Positions 19,177 through 28,973 of a DNA stretch of 64,000 nucleotides are shown in pieces. The notes beneath the pieces were generated by a model. It was not told where the DNA came from and made no database searches. It was given only the letters and a program-made list of their open reading frames with translations. The DNA comes from Candidatus Omnitrophota bacterium (GTDB lineage: Bacteria; Omnitrophota; Gorgyraeia; Zapsychrales; Fredricksoniimonadaceae): assembly GCA_903901225.1 (NCBI GenBank), contig CAIUQE010000048.1, forward strand, positions 5,844 to 69,843, written 5' to 3'. A program made the position numbers and the translations under genes. Position 1 is the first letter of the stretch; each line of letters starts with the position of its first letter.

Positions 19177-19941
19177 ATGCTCCAGGACGCGCACATCCAT
19201 ATCCAGGACCTGAAGAACAGTGCATTTATTGATGATTTTTTGAACGCGGCATCGGCGCAGGCCATTGACCGTTTCTTTGGTTGCGCGATCACGCCGGCCG
19301 ATTGGCCTATGGTCGAGTCCCTGGCTTCCCGTTGCCATGGCTTAGTCCCGTTCTTCGGGATACATCCCTGGTTTGCGGACATGCCGACACCTGGCTGGGA
19401 GAATGACCTGCGCGCCCTTCTTGAGAAATATCCCGGTGCCGGCGTGGGCGAGACCGGGCTGGACAGAACCCGCAAGAACATCGACATGGATGTCCAGAAA
19501 GATATATTCCGGCGTCATCTGGTGATCGCCCGTGAGTTTTCAAGGCCCTTCGCCCTTCATTGCGTCAGGGCATGGCCGGATACGCTGGCGTTGATCAAAG
19601 AGAATGCCGGGGGCCTCGCGTTCTGCGCGCATTCCTTCTACGGGACCCCGGAGATCCTTGCTGAGGTTCTGTCTCTTGGCGGGTACGCCAGTTTCTCAGC
19701 CAAACAATTGCTCAAACCCGATGACATCTTAAAGCCTCTTGTGGCGGCAACACCTGTTGACCGAATTCTCATTGAGACCGATTTTCCTTATCAGACAAAA
19801 TGGACCACATCCGCGGATTACGTCAGCACCCTGCGCTTGGCCTATGAGGTGGCGGCCGGGATCAAGGGGCTGAAGCTACAAGAATTCACGGAAGCAGTTT
19901 TTAAGACCGGGGCTGTACTTAGTAAATTCGTGCCCAGTTAA
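19177..19941 (+). CDS. TatD-family metal-dependent hydrolase
   Basis: DAHIHI, GETGLD and HCVRA motifs of the TatD fold. Confidence 0.7.
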   Translation: MLQDAHIHIQDLKNSAFIDDFLNAASAQAIDRFFGCAITPADWPMVESLASRCHGLVPFFGIHPWFADMPTPGWENDLRALLEKYPGAGVGETGLDRTRKNIDMDVQKDIFRRHLVIAREFSRPFALHCVRAWPDTLALIKENAGGLAFCAHSFYGTPEILAEVLSLGGYASFSAKQLLKPDDILKPLVAATPVDRILIETDFPYQTKWTTSADYVSTLRLAYEVAAGIKGLKLQEFTEAVFKTGAVLSKFVPS

Positions 19942-19974
19942 CTGCAAACAATAAGTGAATTTATGTTTAGTGGG

Positions 19975-20067
19975 CGTAGGGGAGGCCCTTGTGTCCTCCC
20001 GTTAGTGAATGCGGTTATTTATAATACTCGTTAGGTTTATTGGGCCGACACAAGGTCGGCCCCTACG
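19975..20067 (+). promoter_or_regulatory. structured element: two GC-rich hairpins with mutually complementary cores, bracketed by an 8-nt outer inverted repeat
   Basis: Hairpin 1 is gggagg/cctccc (19980-20000). Hairpin 2 is gggccgac/gtcggccc (20042-20062). ccttgtgtc in hairpin 1 is the exact reverse complement of gacacaagg in hairpin 2. Outer arms are cgtagggg and cccctacg. No U-tract. Confidence 0.4.
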
Positions 20068-20212
20068 TTCTACGATATCCTCTCTGACTGTTAAGCATTA
20101 TATTTTCCCCCTACCCTTGACGCAGCCCTCTTTTATAGTATATATTTATTCTGTCGTCTTTCATTCGTTGACATTTTGGACTATATTTAAAAACCTGAAA
20201 ACAGGAGTTTTT

Positions 20213-23200
20213 ATGGTACGTTCTATTGAAGAATTATCTTGTAAGGCCTTGGTAAGAAAGTCGTTAAGCCTGTTTGTAATGGCCGCTTTCATCTTAACAA
20301 GCCTTGTGCCGCCAACCTATGCCCAGGCCGTATTCAACCTGCCCCAACCGGGTGAGATGATCGGTTTGTCCGGGGTTTATACGCCGGTCGTGCTCAAAGG
20401 CGTCTCCATTCATCCCGAAGACCCCCTTTTATTCGATTTTATCGTTGATAACGGCAATTCTGATCTCAAAGGTCAGGCTTTGACCGATGAGACCACCAAG
20501 CTTGTGAAATATTTCCTGACCGGCCTCGCTGTGCCGGAAAAGGAGCTGTGGGTCAACCTTTCGCCGGTTGAGAACAACCGTATCATGGCCGATGATCTCA
20601 GTCATACGGACGCGGGTCGCGACATGCTGGCGCAGGACTATATCCTCAAGCAGATAACGTCCACTTTGATGTATCCGGAAAAAGACCTTGGCCGCAAGTT
20701 CTGGGATGAGATCTACAGCCGCGTGAACGCGAAATTCGGCACGACCGATATCCCGGTGGACACCTTCAACAAGGTGTGGATCACGCCTGACGTGGCTGAA
20801 GTGTACCAGCACGATGGGAATGCTTTTGTGACCAAGGCGCATTTGAAGGTTATGCTCGAGGCTGATTACAATGCGCTTAACGGTGCCGCGGCCCCCATGG
20901 CTGACGCGGGGAATTCCCAGACCATCGACCTGGCGCGGGATGTGGTGCGTGAGGTGATACTGCCCGTGTTGGAGAAGGAAGTCAACGAGGGCAAGAATTT
21001 CGCGGCCCTGCGGCAGATATTCAATTCCCTGATCCTGGCCGGATGGTACAAGCATGCGTTGAAAGACAGCCTGTTGAACCAGGTTTACGCGGGTACCAAC
21101 AAGGTGGCAGGCATCGATATTGCTGAAAAGAACGCGCGGGAACAGGTTTATGCCCAGTACCTGCAGGCCTACCAGAAGGGTGTTTACAACTATATTAAGG
21201 AAGAGTTCGACAGCACGACAAAGGAGTCCCTGCCGCGTAAGTATTTTTCGGGTGGAGCCGTTCTTGATCGGGCGATGAATCCTGATATAAAAAATAAAAT
21301 TGAACTTGGGTTTGATTTTTTTAGAAAATTAGGGAAAGCACTAACCGTGGTCCCTTTTCAACTTGTTCTTAAGCAGGCACAGAACGCTGTTGAACGTACG
21401 AAAAATAATATTGCCGGAAATAAGACTTCCAAATATTTCGATCTTCCTGAGTTAAGCTCTGACGAGAACAAAGATCTTATCTCGGCTATGAATAGCCCTT
21501 TAGGAATGTCAAGATTTCTGAATTTTGATGGTGTTACATCTGCGTGGGTTATGCCGACAGTGTTGGGTATTTTAGGAATTGTGGCTGAGACAGCGGTTGT
21601 CACATTAGGACAAATACCAATGGATTATAAGTTAGTTGTTAAGAGTGTTCTGCCTTTATACAGTGGTTCGGCTTTGTATACTGCATTATATGCGTATTAT
21701 CGTAGTGCCGCACTTAATGTTGTTCAGGACGATGAAAGAAGTCGTTTGGAAAAACTTCGTGCGGTAATCTTCCTTCGCAAAATTAAAGCTAGGGAGGCTC
21801 TGTGGGATGTTTCCAATAGGGCGAAGTCTGTCGTCACTAAAGTTGCCGGATGGCTTGCCATGGATGATCGAACGCTGCGAGAAATGATCCAGACCGGGGT
21901 ATCCTCTTTTGGAGTACTAAATTATTCACGTATGACCAATCAAGAGAGGGACGCTTTGGCAGGCCAATTGGCCGCAAACAACAATTTTGAAGCCTTGGCG
22001 TTTCTTGCGATTGATCCTCCGACAAGAACCCAAGCGTTGGCATTTTTTCATGGTTGGAGCAATAGTAAAGAAGATGTTCTTGCTATAGGGAAAAATTCTA
22101 TTTTTTCGATAGCTGAGTTCTCGGGTGGGCAAAAAGAACAATTGTTCACAACATTCAGGGCTGTCGTCAACGCTGATTACGCACAGGGAGATACATTGCA
22201 AAAAATGTATTCGAAGAATCTTGACCATGTCCGCAGCGTTCAGATGCTTATCGACAATTTTAAGAAGAAAGACTGGGTACGGATTGAGTTAAATGCTTTG
22301 CGTGATGCGATACGGGATCAGATTGGTTTTGAAGGTTCTTCGGGTAATCTTTCCGGAAATCCTGAACTAACAGCAATGATATTGGAGTTGCAAAAATTAG
22401 TTGATGATAAGGAATTTGAATTATCAACAGGCGTGCAGGAGGATGGCGCGCAGGAGAGCAGGAAACCAGCTAGTCTGGAAGAGGTCAGGTTAGATAAGAT
22501 CTTCTCGAAATACTCTTTAAGTGCCGCTGCTTTTTGGGATGCATATTTCTATTATGTTGAAAAGGTCATTTATCAGGAGACAAAGAACCAGTCATTTGAT
22601 CGCGTTACAAAGTTTAAATCCGTGGGTCTGCGATTGTTAACTCCGATCATTGAAAAAGTAGCCGGTATAGACTCCGGCGTAAGTATTAAAAAGCCGGGAG
22701 AAATACAAAGCTTCTTGGATGAAAAAATCAAGGAATTCAATAAAGACCGGTCACAAACGACGGATTTCGCGGCATCGCCGATCACCCTTTTATTCACGGC
22801 ATTGAGTGCTGCCGAACAACGTGAGGCTGCATTTATTATCGATAACGTAAAACACGGGCTTTTTGGTGATGCGATGGCAGCGGTGGTTTCAAGTGATTCG
22901 AGATTTTCGCCTGCAATTAAACAATTGGCTCTTTGGTTATTAATTCAGCGTTCCTGGAAAGATCCTTATTCTGACCTGGCAACTGACCTTATTAAACAAG
23001 AGATCCGTTATACAATGCCAGAGTTGCGTGCGGTTAACAAAGATGATTTTTCGCCAAAGGATTGGAATGTGATGTTAACCAATAAGTGGATCGATGAGCT
23101 TGGCGTGATCCAGGATGAATTTAAGAAAATCACTGACTATTCAAAGGTGCATTTGGATGGTGTGGAGGACGTAGATGTGCAAAACATTTGTCAGACATTG

Positions 23201-24022
23201 AACGATGAAATTGTCGCGCCAATGTACGATACAGATCTTGTCGTTGCGCATAAAGAGTTGCATTTTAAAAAAGAAGACAGAAAGAAATGGGAAGATGTGG
23301 TCTTTCTTAACGAAACTTCATTGTTCAAACGATATATTGAATTAAGCGGCTCTCAGGAAGAATTTATGGCATTTGTTGATCGTTTTAATGTTAAAAATTT
23401 TAGCAAGAAGCGGTTGGCGCGTTTATTAAATGAGATCAACGCGCAGGTTAATTCCAATCAATATGATGAGGAAAAAAAGATTTTTCTTACAGGATGGAGA
23501 GGGCTGATCGAGCAATTTATTGAGAGTAAGCCCGTGAATGAAGTTTCTGCCCAAGTTAAAATAACAGAACGAGATGATTTTGTGCCTCCATACAGGAGGA
23601 GGATCGATGAGCTCATGCGTGAATCCTTTCCTTCGGGTCAAGATGTTAAGACAGATTCTGGCGAACCTCTTTATAGAAGGCAAATCAATAAACTTATGCA
23701 GAAGAAGAATCTCCCAGGCAGTGATAGTGCCGGGACAGTCGGGACTTCCCAAAAGGATATACAAGGCGGTATCGACCTCGGCCAGGGGGATTATCTCAAG
23801 GTCATTGGCACGGACGCGTCCGGTATGCCGAAGTTCGACCCGGCTCAGCTTATCCAGTTACAGAAGGACCTGCGCGGGATCGTTCCTGTGCCGGTTGGAG
23901 TTCCTCAGCCTGTGAATTTAAAGCCGCTCCTGGGGCTTGACCCCAACAGCGGCAACGAGAACCTCCAGACCGGCCAGCTTGACCCGGTGAAGGTTGAGGC
24001 TGAAGAGGGGGTTCCTTCCTGA
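20213..24022 (+). CDS. giant secreted protein of unknown function (1269 aa), compositionally mosaic
   Basis: Start at ATG 20213 with an aggag RBS. Signal peptide ends AQA. Central nt 21240-23700 is markedly AT-rich relative to both gene ends and to the window. No recognisable catalytic motif. Confidence 0.6.
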   Translation: MVRSIEELSCKALVRKSLSLFVMAAFILTSLVPPTYAQAVFNLPQPGEMIGLSGVYTPVVLKGVSIHPEDPLLFDFIVDNGNSDLKGQALTDETTKLVKYFLTGLAVPEKELWVNLSPVENNRIMADDLSHTDAGRDMLAQDYILKQITSTLMYPEKDLGRKFWDEIYSRVNAKFGTTDIPVDTFNKVWITPDVAEVYQHDGNAFVTKAHLKVMLEADYNALNGAAAPMADAGNSQTIDLARDVVREVILPVLEKEVNEGKNFAALRQIFNSLILAGWYKHALKDSLLNQVYAGTNKVAGIDIAEKNAREQVYAQYLQAYQKGVYNYIKEEFDSTTKESLPRKYFSGGAVLDRAMNPDIKNKIELGFDFFRKLGKALTVVPFQLVLKQAQNAVERTKNNIAGNKTSKYFDLPELSSDENKDLISAMNSPLGMSRFLNFDGVTSAWVMPTVLGILGIVAETAVVTLGQIPMDYKLVVKSVLPLYSGSALYTALYAYYRSAALNVVQDDERSRLEKLRAVIFLRKIKAREALWDVSNRAKSVVTKVAGWLAMDDRTLREMIQTGVSSFGVLNYSRMTNQERDALAGQLAANNNFEALAFLAIDPPTRTQALAFFHGWSNSKEDVLAIGKNSIFSIAEFSGGQKEQLFTTFRAVVNADYAQGDTLQKMYSKNLDHVRSVQMLIDNFKKKDWVRIELNALRDAIRDQIGFEGSSGNLSGNPELTAMILELQKLVDDKEFELSTGVQEDGAQESRKPASLEEVRLDKIFSKYSLSAAAFWDAYFYYVEKVIYQETKNQSFDRVTKFKSVGLRLLTPIIEKVAGIDSGVSIKKPGEIQSFLDEKIKEFNKDRSQTTDFAASPITLLFTALSAAEQREAAFIIDNVKHGLFGDAMAAVVSSDSRFSPAIKQLALWLLIQRSWKDPYSDLATDLIKQEIRYTMPELRAVNKDDFSPKDWNVMLTNKWIDELGVIQDEFKKITDYSKVHLDGVEDVDVQNICQTLNDEIVAPMYDTDLVVAHKELHFKKEDRKKWEDVVFLNETSLFKRYIELSGSQEEFMAFVDRFNVKNFSKKRLARLLNEINAQVNSNQYDEEKKIFLTGWRGLIEQFIESKPVNEVSAQVKITERDDFVPPYRRRIDELMRESFPSGQDVKTDSGEPLYRRQINKLMQKKNLPGSDSAGTVGTSQKDIQGGIDLGQGDYLKVIGTDASGMPKFDPAQLIQLQKDLRGIVPVPVGVPQPVNLKPLLGLDPNSGNENLQTGQLDPVKVEAEEGVPS

Positions 24023-24146
24023 GCCATGGTTTATTAAAAAATATTGGCAATCTGTCCGGGTATAGTGTATATTGTAGGTACTTAAGGCAGTAAGTTAGTT
24101 CAATGACGCTTATATTTTCGTAACAATCAGGAAAGGCAGGTATATT

Positions 24147-24236
24147 ATGGCTGAATGGAAAGAAGACAAGCCGATCAAGATCAACCAGGCTCAGCGCGAG
24201 ATCTTCGGTTGGGATAATATCGATATTCTCATCTGA
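24147..24236 (+). CDS. small protein gene (29 aa, MAEWKEDKPIKINQAQREIFGWDNIDILI)
   Basis: Has its own RBS aggaaaggcagg. Candidate promoter TTGGCA-N18-TATATT at 24044-24073. Intrinsic terminator immediately downstream. Confidence 0.4.
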   Translation: MAEWKEDKPIKINQAQREIFGWDNIDILI

Positions 24237-24261
24237 AGATATTTTGATCTCGATCCTAAAG

Positions 24262-24292
24262 CCCTGTAAGGAAAAAACTTACGGGGTTTTTT
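24262..24292. terminator. bidirectional rho-independent terminator between the small ORF (+) and queH (-)
   Basis: Hairpin ccctgtaagg-aaaaaa-cttacgggg followed by tttttt. Confidence 0.6.
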
Positions 24293-24837
24293 CATTTCAG
24301 GATCGAGTACTCACAGCCGCAGTATTTTTGCCGGTAGAAGTCCTCTCTCTTTGAAACAGCCTGCATCCGTTCAATGCCTTTGCCCTTGCGCCAGTCCCTA
24401 TCAAGGAAGGCAAGCCCCGCATAGGGGGCCACGGCATTAACCCCGGCCAGCCGTACCTGCCGGGGGTCTTTCCAGCGGGAAATGCCATTGGTCGTGGCCA
24501 GCGCCTTAAAGCCGTTATCATGGGCATATAATGCAGCCCGTTCAAGGCGCATATCAAAGCAAACCTGACAACGGCGGCCGCGTTCCTTTTCATCTTCAAG
24601 CCCTTTGACCCGCAGCATCCATTTATCCGGGTCGTGGTCCGCGTCAATGAAAGGGACGCCTTTTTTGACAGAAAAGCGCTTTACCTCAGCTTTACGGCGT
24701 TCATATTCTTCGAACGGGTGGATATTGGGGTTATAGAAATAGAGGGTCAGTCCCTGGCCTTCATCCAGCAGGGTCTCGATGATCCCGGCTGAGCATGGCG
24801 CGCAACAAACGTGCAGGAGAAGGTCGGTGGATGGCAT
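24292..24837 (-). CDS. queH: epoxyqueuosine reductase QueH (DUF208)
   Basis: LLHVCCAPCS motif and conserved C-terminal CGCEYS. Confidence 0.8.
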   Translation of the reverse strand: MPSTDLLLHVCCAPCSAGIIETLLDEGQGLTLYFYNPNIHPFEEYERRKAEVKRFSVKKGVPFIDADHDPDKWMLRVKGLEDEKERGRRCQVCFDMRLERAALYAHDNGFKALATTNGISRWKDPRQVRLAGVNAVAPYAGLAFLDRDWRKGKGIERMQAVSKREDFYRQKYCGCEYSILK

Positions 24838-24900
24838 TTATATTTGAAGTTGCGATTGACGTCTATACGGCTATGTTATACTTAAAAAGTATTCTAATTT

Positions 24901-25548
24901 ATGAAACCATTAAAAGCTATTATTTTTGATATGGACGGCGTGATCACGATGAGCATGCCGTTGCACTACCGCGCCTGGGCCAAGGTTTTCGCGGATATTG
25001 GCATCAAGGTGTCGCGCTTTGAGATTTACCGGCGTGAAGGCCAGAAAGGCCTCGACAGCGTGATGGAGATATCGGCCAAATACGGCAAACCTGTTGGTGT
25101 GGCTGTGGCGAAAGAGCTTTTATTGAAGAAAGAGCGTTTGTTCAAGCGTATCGTCCGTACGCGCTTTGTGCCCGGGGCCAGACGTTTTATTAAACAATGC
25201 CATCATGACGGGCTTAAGACGGGCCTTGTTACCGGAACGGCACGGCATGAGGTTGAAAAGATACTTCCGGATGCCCTCATCAAGGCGTTCGATGTGATCG
25301 TCTGCGGCAGTGATGTCAGGAATGGTAAGCCGCATCCGGAGCCGTATCTCAAGGCGCTTGGATCCTTGAAGATCACCGGGGGAGAGGCGCTTGTGATCGA
25401 GAACGCCCCTTTTGGGATCACTTCCGCGGTCAAGGCGGGGGTGAAATGCGTGGCCATTGAAACATCCCTGCCACGGCGCTATCTTAAGGATGCTGACCAT
25501 GTGGTACGGAATTACACGGAATTAAGGAAGTTTCTTAAAAAGATCTGA
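24901..25548 (+). CDS. HAD-IA family hydrolase (beta-phosphoglucomutase-like)
   Basis: Motif I FDMDGV. Motif III/IV region (NGKPHPEPY ... VIENAPFG). Confidence 0.7.
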   Translation: MKPLKAIIFDMDGVITMSMPLHYRAWAKVFADIGIKVSRFEIYRREGQKGLDSVMEISAKYGKPVGVAVAKELLLKKERLFKRIVRTRFVPGARRFIKQCHHDGLKTGLVTGTARHEVEKILPDALIKAFDVIVCGSDVRNGKPHPEPYLKALGSLKITGGEALVIENAPFGITSAVKAGVKCVAIETSLPRRYLKDADHVVRNYTELRKFLKKI

Positions 25549-25555
25549 CATTTCT

Positions 25556-26404
25556 ATGAAAAAACCCAGGGTCCTTCTTATCTATAAGCGTAGTGCTTTG
25601 GCGATGGCTGGAAAAATTTCAGGCCGGCACCATAACACCCGCAAGTTCCTGCATAACCATCTGGCCCATTATGAAGCCCTAAGCTCCATTGAAAAGATCC
25701 TGAAAAAGTACGATGTCCCGTACCGGAAATACGCCCGGGGCAAGTTCAAGGATTACAGCCCGTATGACGTGATCGTCACGGTCGGCGGCGACGGGACGGT
25801 CCTGCAGGCCGCGCGCTGGGTCAACCGGCGCCAGGTCATCCTTGGCGTCAATTCCGATCCTGCCTGGAGTATCGGTGAATTCTGTTGTACCGACGCGGCG
25901 CATTTTGAACTTAAACTAAAGCAGCTGCTCGGATCAAAGCTGAAGACCTGCCGTTTGTACAAGCTTCAGATACGCCTCAAGGATGCCGGCAGGACCCGTC
26001 GTGTCGAATGCCTCAATGATATCCTGATCTGCCACGCCAATCCCGCGGCCATGAGCCGCTACGCGTTGACCATCGGGGGAGTCAGGGAGGACCAGAGGGA
26101 TTCCGGGATATGGTTCTCGACGGCAGCGGGGTCCACGGGGGCCATGCTTTCGGCTGGCGGGAAGGCCATGCCTTTGTCTTCTACTGATTTCCAGTACCAT
26201 CCGCGGGAGCTTTACCAGGTCAAGGGCGTGCCGTACCGCCTGAGCGGCGGCCTTGTCAAGCGCCCTCAGAAAGCCGTCCTGGTGTCCTTCATGCCGCACG
26301 GGCGGGTTTTTGTCGACGGGGCGCACATCAAGTTCCCGTTCACCTACGGCAGCCGCGCTGAAATATCCCTTTCATCCAACTATGTCCAGTTGGTCCATGC
26401 CTGA
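25556..26404 (+). CDS. nadK: NAD+ kinase
   Basis: VIVTVGGDGTVL and NDILICHANPAAMSRYALTIGG motifs. Confidence 0.75.
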   Translation: MKKPRVLLIYKRSALAMAGKISGRHHNTRKFLHNHLAHYEALSSIEKILKKYDVPYRKYARGKFKDYSPYDVIVTVGGDGTVLQAARWVNRRQVILGVNSDPAWSIGEFCCTDAAHFELKLKQLLGSKLKTCRLYKLQIRLKDAGRTRRVECLNDILICHANPAAMSRYALTIGGVREDQRDSGIWFSTAAGSTGAMLSAGGKAMPLSSTDFQYHPRELYQVKGVPYRLSGGLVKRPQKAVLVSFMPHGRVFVDGAHIKFPFTYGSRAEISLSSNYVQLVHA

Positions 26405-27455
26405 TAAATTATTTTCAAAAAAACTCCTGAAATGGTATGACGCGCACGCGCGTTCGCTGCCGTGGCGCGGCACCAAAGACCCCTATAAAATATGGGTCTC
26501 GGAGGCCATGCTGCAGCAGACAACGGTCAAGACCGTGCTGGGCTATTATGACCGGTGGCTGGGGATTTTTCCTGACATTAACAGCCTTGCGTCGGCGCCT
26601 ATTGAAAAGGTCCTTAAGGCCTGGCAGGGGCTTGGTTATTACAATCGTGCCAGGAATTTTCACAGGTCAGCGCAGATCGTTATGGCCGAACATCGGGGTG
26701 TTTTACCGTCCGACCCGGAAACTTTGCGGAAATTGCCGGGGTTCGGGCCTTACATGACGGCATCCGTGGCCAGCATCGCGTTCGATGCGCGCGTGCCGCT
26801 GGTGGATGCCAATGTGCGACGGATCGTGATGCGGTTGTTAAATATCCATGGGCCGGCTGTGGCGTCGCTGGACAATGAATTATTGCTATTCTTGAATAAT
26901 GTTTTACCGCTTAAGCGCTGTGGCGATTTTAACCAGGCGTTGATGGAGCTTGGGTCCCAGGCATGCACCACGAATGAACCAGGATGTGACGCATGTCCGC
27001 TCAAGAGTTATTGCAAGGCATTCAAGGAAGGCTGTCAGGAGCAGATCCCGACCCCGAAAAAGGTCGAGATCAGCCAGATAACGGCTGTTATTGGCCTGAT
27101 CCGCAGGAATGGCAAATACCTGATCCAGCAAAGGCCTGCGGGCGGCCTTTTGGCTGGTTTATGGGAGTTTCCTGGTGGCAAGGTCGAAAAGACCGATAAA
27201 AGCCTTCAAGAGGCCCTTGCACGGGAGCTTTTAGAGGAACTGGAGTGTTCCTGCCTTGTAGGGGAGGAATTCTGCCGTGTGCGGCATTATTACACGACCA
27301 ACAAAGTCCATCTGATAGCTTTCCAGGCGGCGCTGGGTGCAGGTCAGTTCAAGCTAAAGAAGCACCAACGATGGGTCGGCGTGAAAGAACTTCAGGAATA
27401 CGCCATGCCATCAGGCAACGCCAGGATACTCGAAAAGCTTTTGCAGCCCCTATAA
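26397..27455 (+). CDS. mutY: A/G-specific adenine DNA glycosylase with C-terminal NUDIX domain
   Basis: N-terminal WYDAHARSLPWRG...PYKIWVSEAMLQQT. Fe-S cluster cysteines (C..C..C..C near CDACPLKSYC). C-terminal GLWEFPGGKVE. Start ATG 26397 overlaps the nadK stop. Confidence 0.8.
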   Translation: MPDKLFSKKLLKWYDAHARSLPWRGTKDPYKIWVSEAMLQQTTVKTVLGYYDRWLGIFPDINSLASAPIEKVLKAWQGLGYYNRARNFHRSAQIVMAEHRGVLPSDPETLRKLPGFGPYMTASVASIAFDARVPLVDANVRRIVMRLLNIHGPAVASLDNELLLFLNNVLPLKRCGDFNQALMELGSQACTTNEPGCDACPLKSYCKAFKEGCQEQIPTPKKVEISQITAVIGLIRRNGKYLIQQRPAGGLLAGLWEFPGGKVEKTDKSLQEALARELLEELECSCLVGEEFCRVRHYYTTNKVHLIAFQAALGAGQFKLKKHQRWVGVKELQEYAMPSGNARILEKLLQPL

Positions 27456-27496
27456 ACAACTTCCTATAATATACGTTATGTTAACTTCGCACACAG

Positions 27497-27540
27497 GAAA
27501 GCAGGTTTTGAGCGGCTTGCACGCTCACCAGCTTTCTTGT
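27497..27540. terminator. possible imperfect hairpin between convergent mutY and ssb
   Basis: gaaagc ... gctttc outer arms with an inner gagcg/cgctc. No clear U-tract. Confidence 0.2.
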
Positions 27541-27568
27541 GACCAATAACGTATTATTCTCCAGGAAA

Positions 27569-27976
27569 TTATTCTTCCCACGCGATATTATCAGGGCTCA
27601 CCGCTCCAGATGACTCAGCCTCTGAGCCATCCTGAGGCCCGCGTCCGGAGCCTTCTCTCTTGGGCATGAAGTGGACGCTGTTCGCCGCTATCCTGACGCG
27701 GCTTTGGGTCTTGCCATCTTTTTCCCAGCGGTCCTGCTTGAGGCGGCCTTCAACAATGATGCCGCTGCCTTTTTTGAGGTACTTGGCGCAATTTTCGCCC
27801 ATAGGCCCCCAGACATCGATATCAAAGTATGAAACTTCCGTGACCTTCTCATTGTTCTTGGTATAAACACGGTTATTGGCGATCGAGATGCCGCAGACAG
27901 ATTTGCCGGACGCGAGTATTTTTAGTTCCGGATCCCTTGTCAGGTTCCCCATGATGTTGACGCTGTTCAGGCTCAT
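27569..27976 (-). CDS. ssb: single-stranded DNA-binding protein
   Basis: OB-fold N-terminus NIMGNLTRDPEL. Acidic Gly/Ser-rich tail. Confidence 0.75.
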   Translation of the reverse strand: MSLNSVNIMGNLTRDPELKILASGKSVCGISIANNRVYTKNNEKVTEVSYFDIDVWGPMGENCAKYLKKGSGIIVEGRLKQDRWEKDGKTQSRVRIAANSVHFMPKREGSGRGPQDGSEAESSGAVSPDNIAWEE

Positions 27977-28061
27977 GTAACGATCCTTTCTGTAATGATC
28001 ATTTTCTTGTTCGGGGTTATTTTAAGCTACCACACACATTTGCGGTGGTCAAGGATGTTTT

Positions 28062-28964
28062 TCAATACCTGTTCACGGAAAGGACATGAAGCACGACCGT
28101 AAAAATAAAAATGAACGTCAACGGCAGATGAAGCACGTGCCATAAATAAAAAACACGTTCATAGAAATTGAATTCCGCGACGGTAACCGCTTGCCGTAAA
28201 AAGCCATGGCTTTTGCGTTCCATCTGGGTAAGGATCAGTTGCCGGCGGCGGAGCGACCAGTGGCGCTTGAGGGCATGTTCCTGGAGGTAGGCGTCGATCG
28301 CGCGGCGTATCTCGTGCCGGGTCACGCGCGCCTCGTGGCTGACTTCCAGCGCCCTCCTGAAACTGACCGACAGCACCTTCGTCGGCGTGATGACTTTTGC
28401 CAGAAAAGAATCCAGTTCCTGCTTGATAAGGGGAATGTAAGTAAAATGATGATATGTTATTTCCTTTGATTGCGCGAAAGATTTTTGAAGGTTGACCAGT
28501 GTCGTCCTCTCCCCGTTCAAGCTTTGGCAGATCTTGATGTAAATATGTTTGCCCACCACCCCGCTGGCGGACACGATCAGGAGCGAGAACAAAGCGATGT
28601 TGCTGTTGAAGGCGCCGAGATGGAAATTGCAATGGTAAAGGATGAGCAACGGCCCGAGTAATCCCAGCGTCATGTGCAACTGGAACCACTGTTTCATTGT
28701 GCCGATAACAGTCAGCGTTTTGACGCGTTTGCGTAATGGGTAGACAAATAACAGGAGCATCATGCCGGTACCGACAAACCCGTAGATGAGGCCCTGGCCA
28801 TGTGTCGGTGTGATGAGCTCATGGCGGCTTAACCGCCACCCCGCGACCACCGCGACGACGAGGAATAAATTAAAAAGCGAAGGGCTTAATGCGTCATAGC
28901 GCTTAACGCCCCTGGCCCAGGCGGGCGCAAATCTCAGTGTCAAATTTTTAATGATATCCGGCAT
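28062..28964 (-). CDS. polytopic membrane protein of unknown function (first gene downstream of the cytochrome cluster)
   Basis: 4-5 predicted TM helices followed by a basic cytoplasmic tail. Same strand as the cytochrome genes, 9-nt gap from the upstream gene. Confidence 0.5.
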   Translation of the reverse strand: MPDIIKNLTLRFAPAWARGVKRYDALSPSLFNLFLVVAVVAGWRLSRHELITPTHGQGLIYGFVGTGMMLLLFVYPLRKRVKTLTVIGTMKQWFQLHMTLGLLGPLLILYHCNFHLGAFNSNIALFSLLIVSASGVVGKHIYIKICQSLNGERTTLVNLQKSFAQSKEITYHHFTYIPLIKQELDSFLAKVITPTKVLSVSFRRALEVSHEARVTRHEIRRAIDAYLQEHALKRHWSLRRRQLILTQMERKSHGFLRQAVTVAEFNFYERVFYLWHVLHLPLTFIFIFTVVLHVLSVNRY

Positions 28965-28973
28965 ATGGTCCTA

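Noticed and set aside
26253-26396. 5' extension of the mutY ORF
   Set aside because: It overlaps the end of nadK in another frame. The MutY N-terminal consensus begins at the ATG at 26397.
28159-28689. 176-aa minus-strand ORF in an alternative frame of the membrane-protein gene 28062..28964
   Set aside because: Pro/Arg/Gly-rich alternative-frame artefact. The annotated frame yields coherent TM helices.
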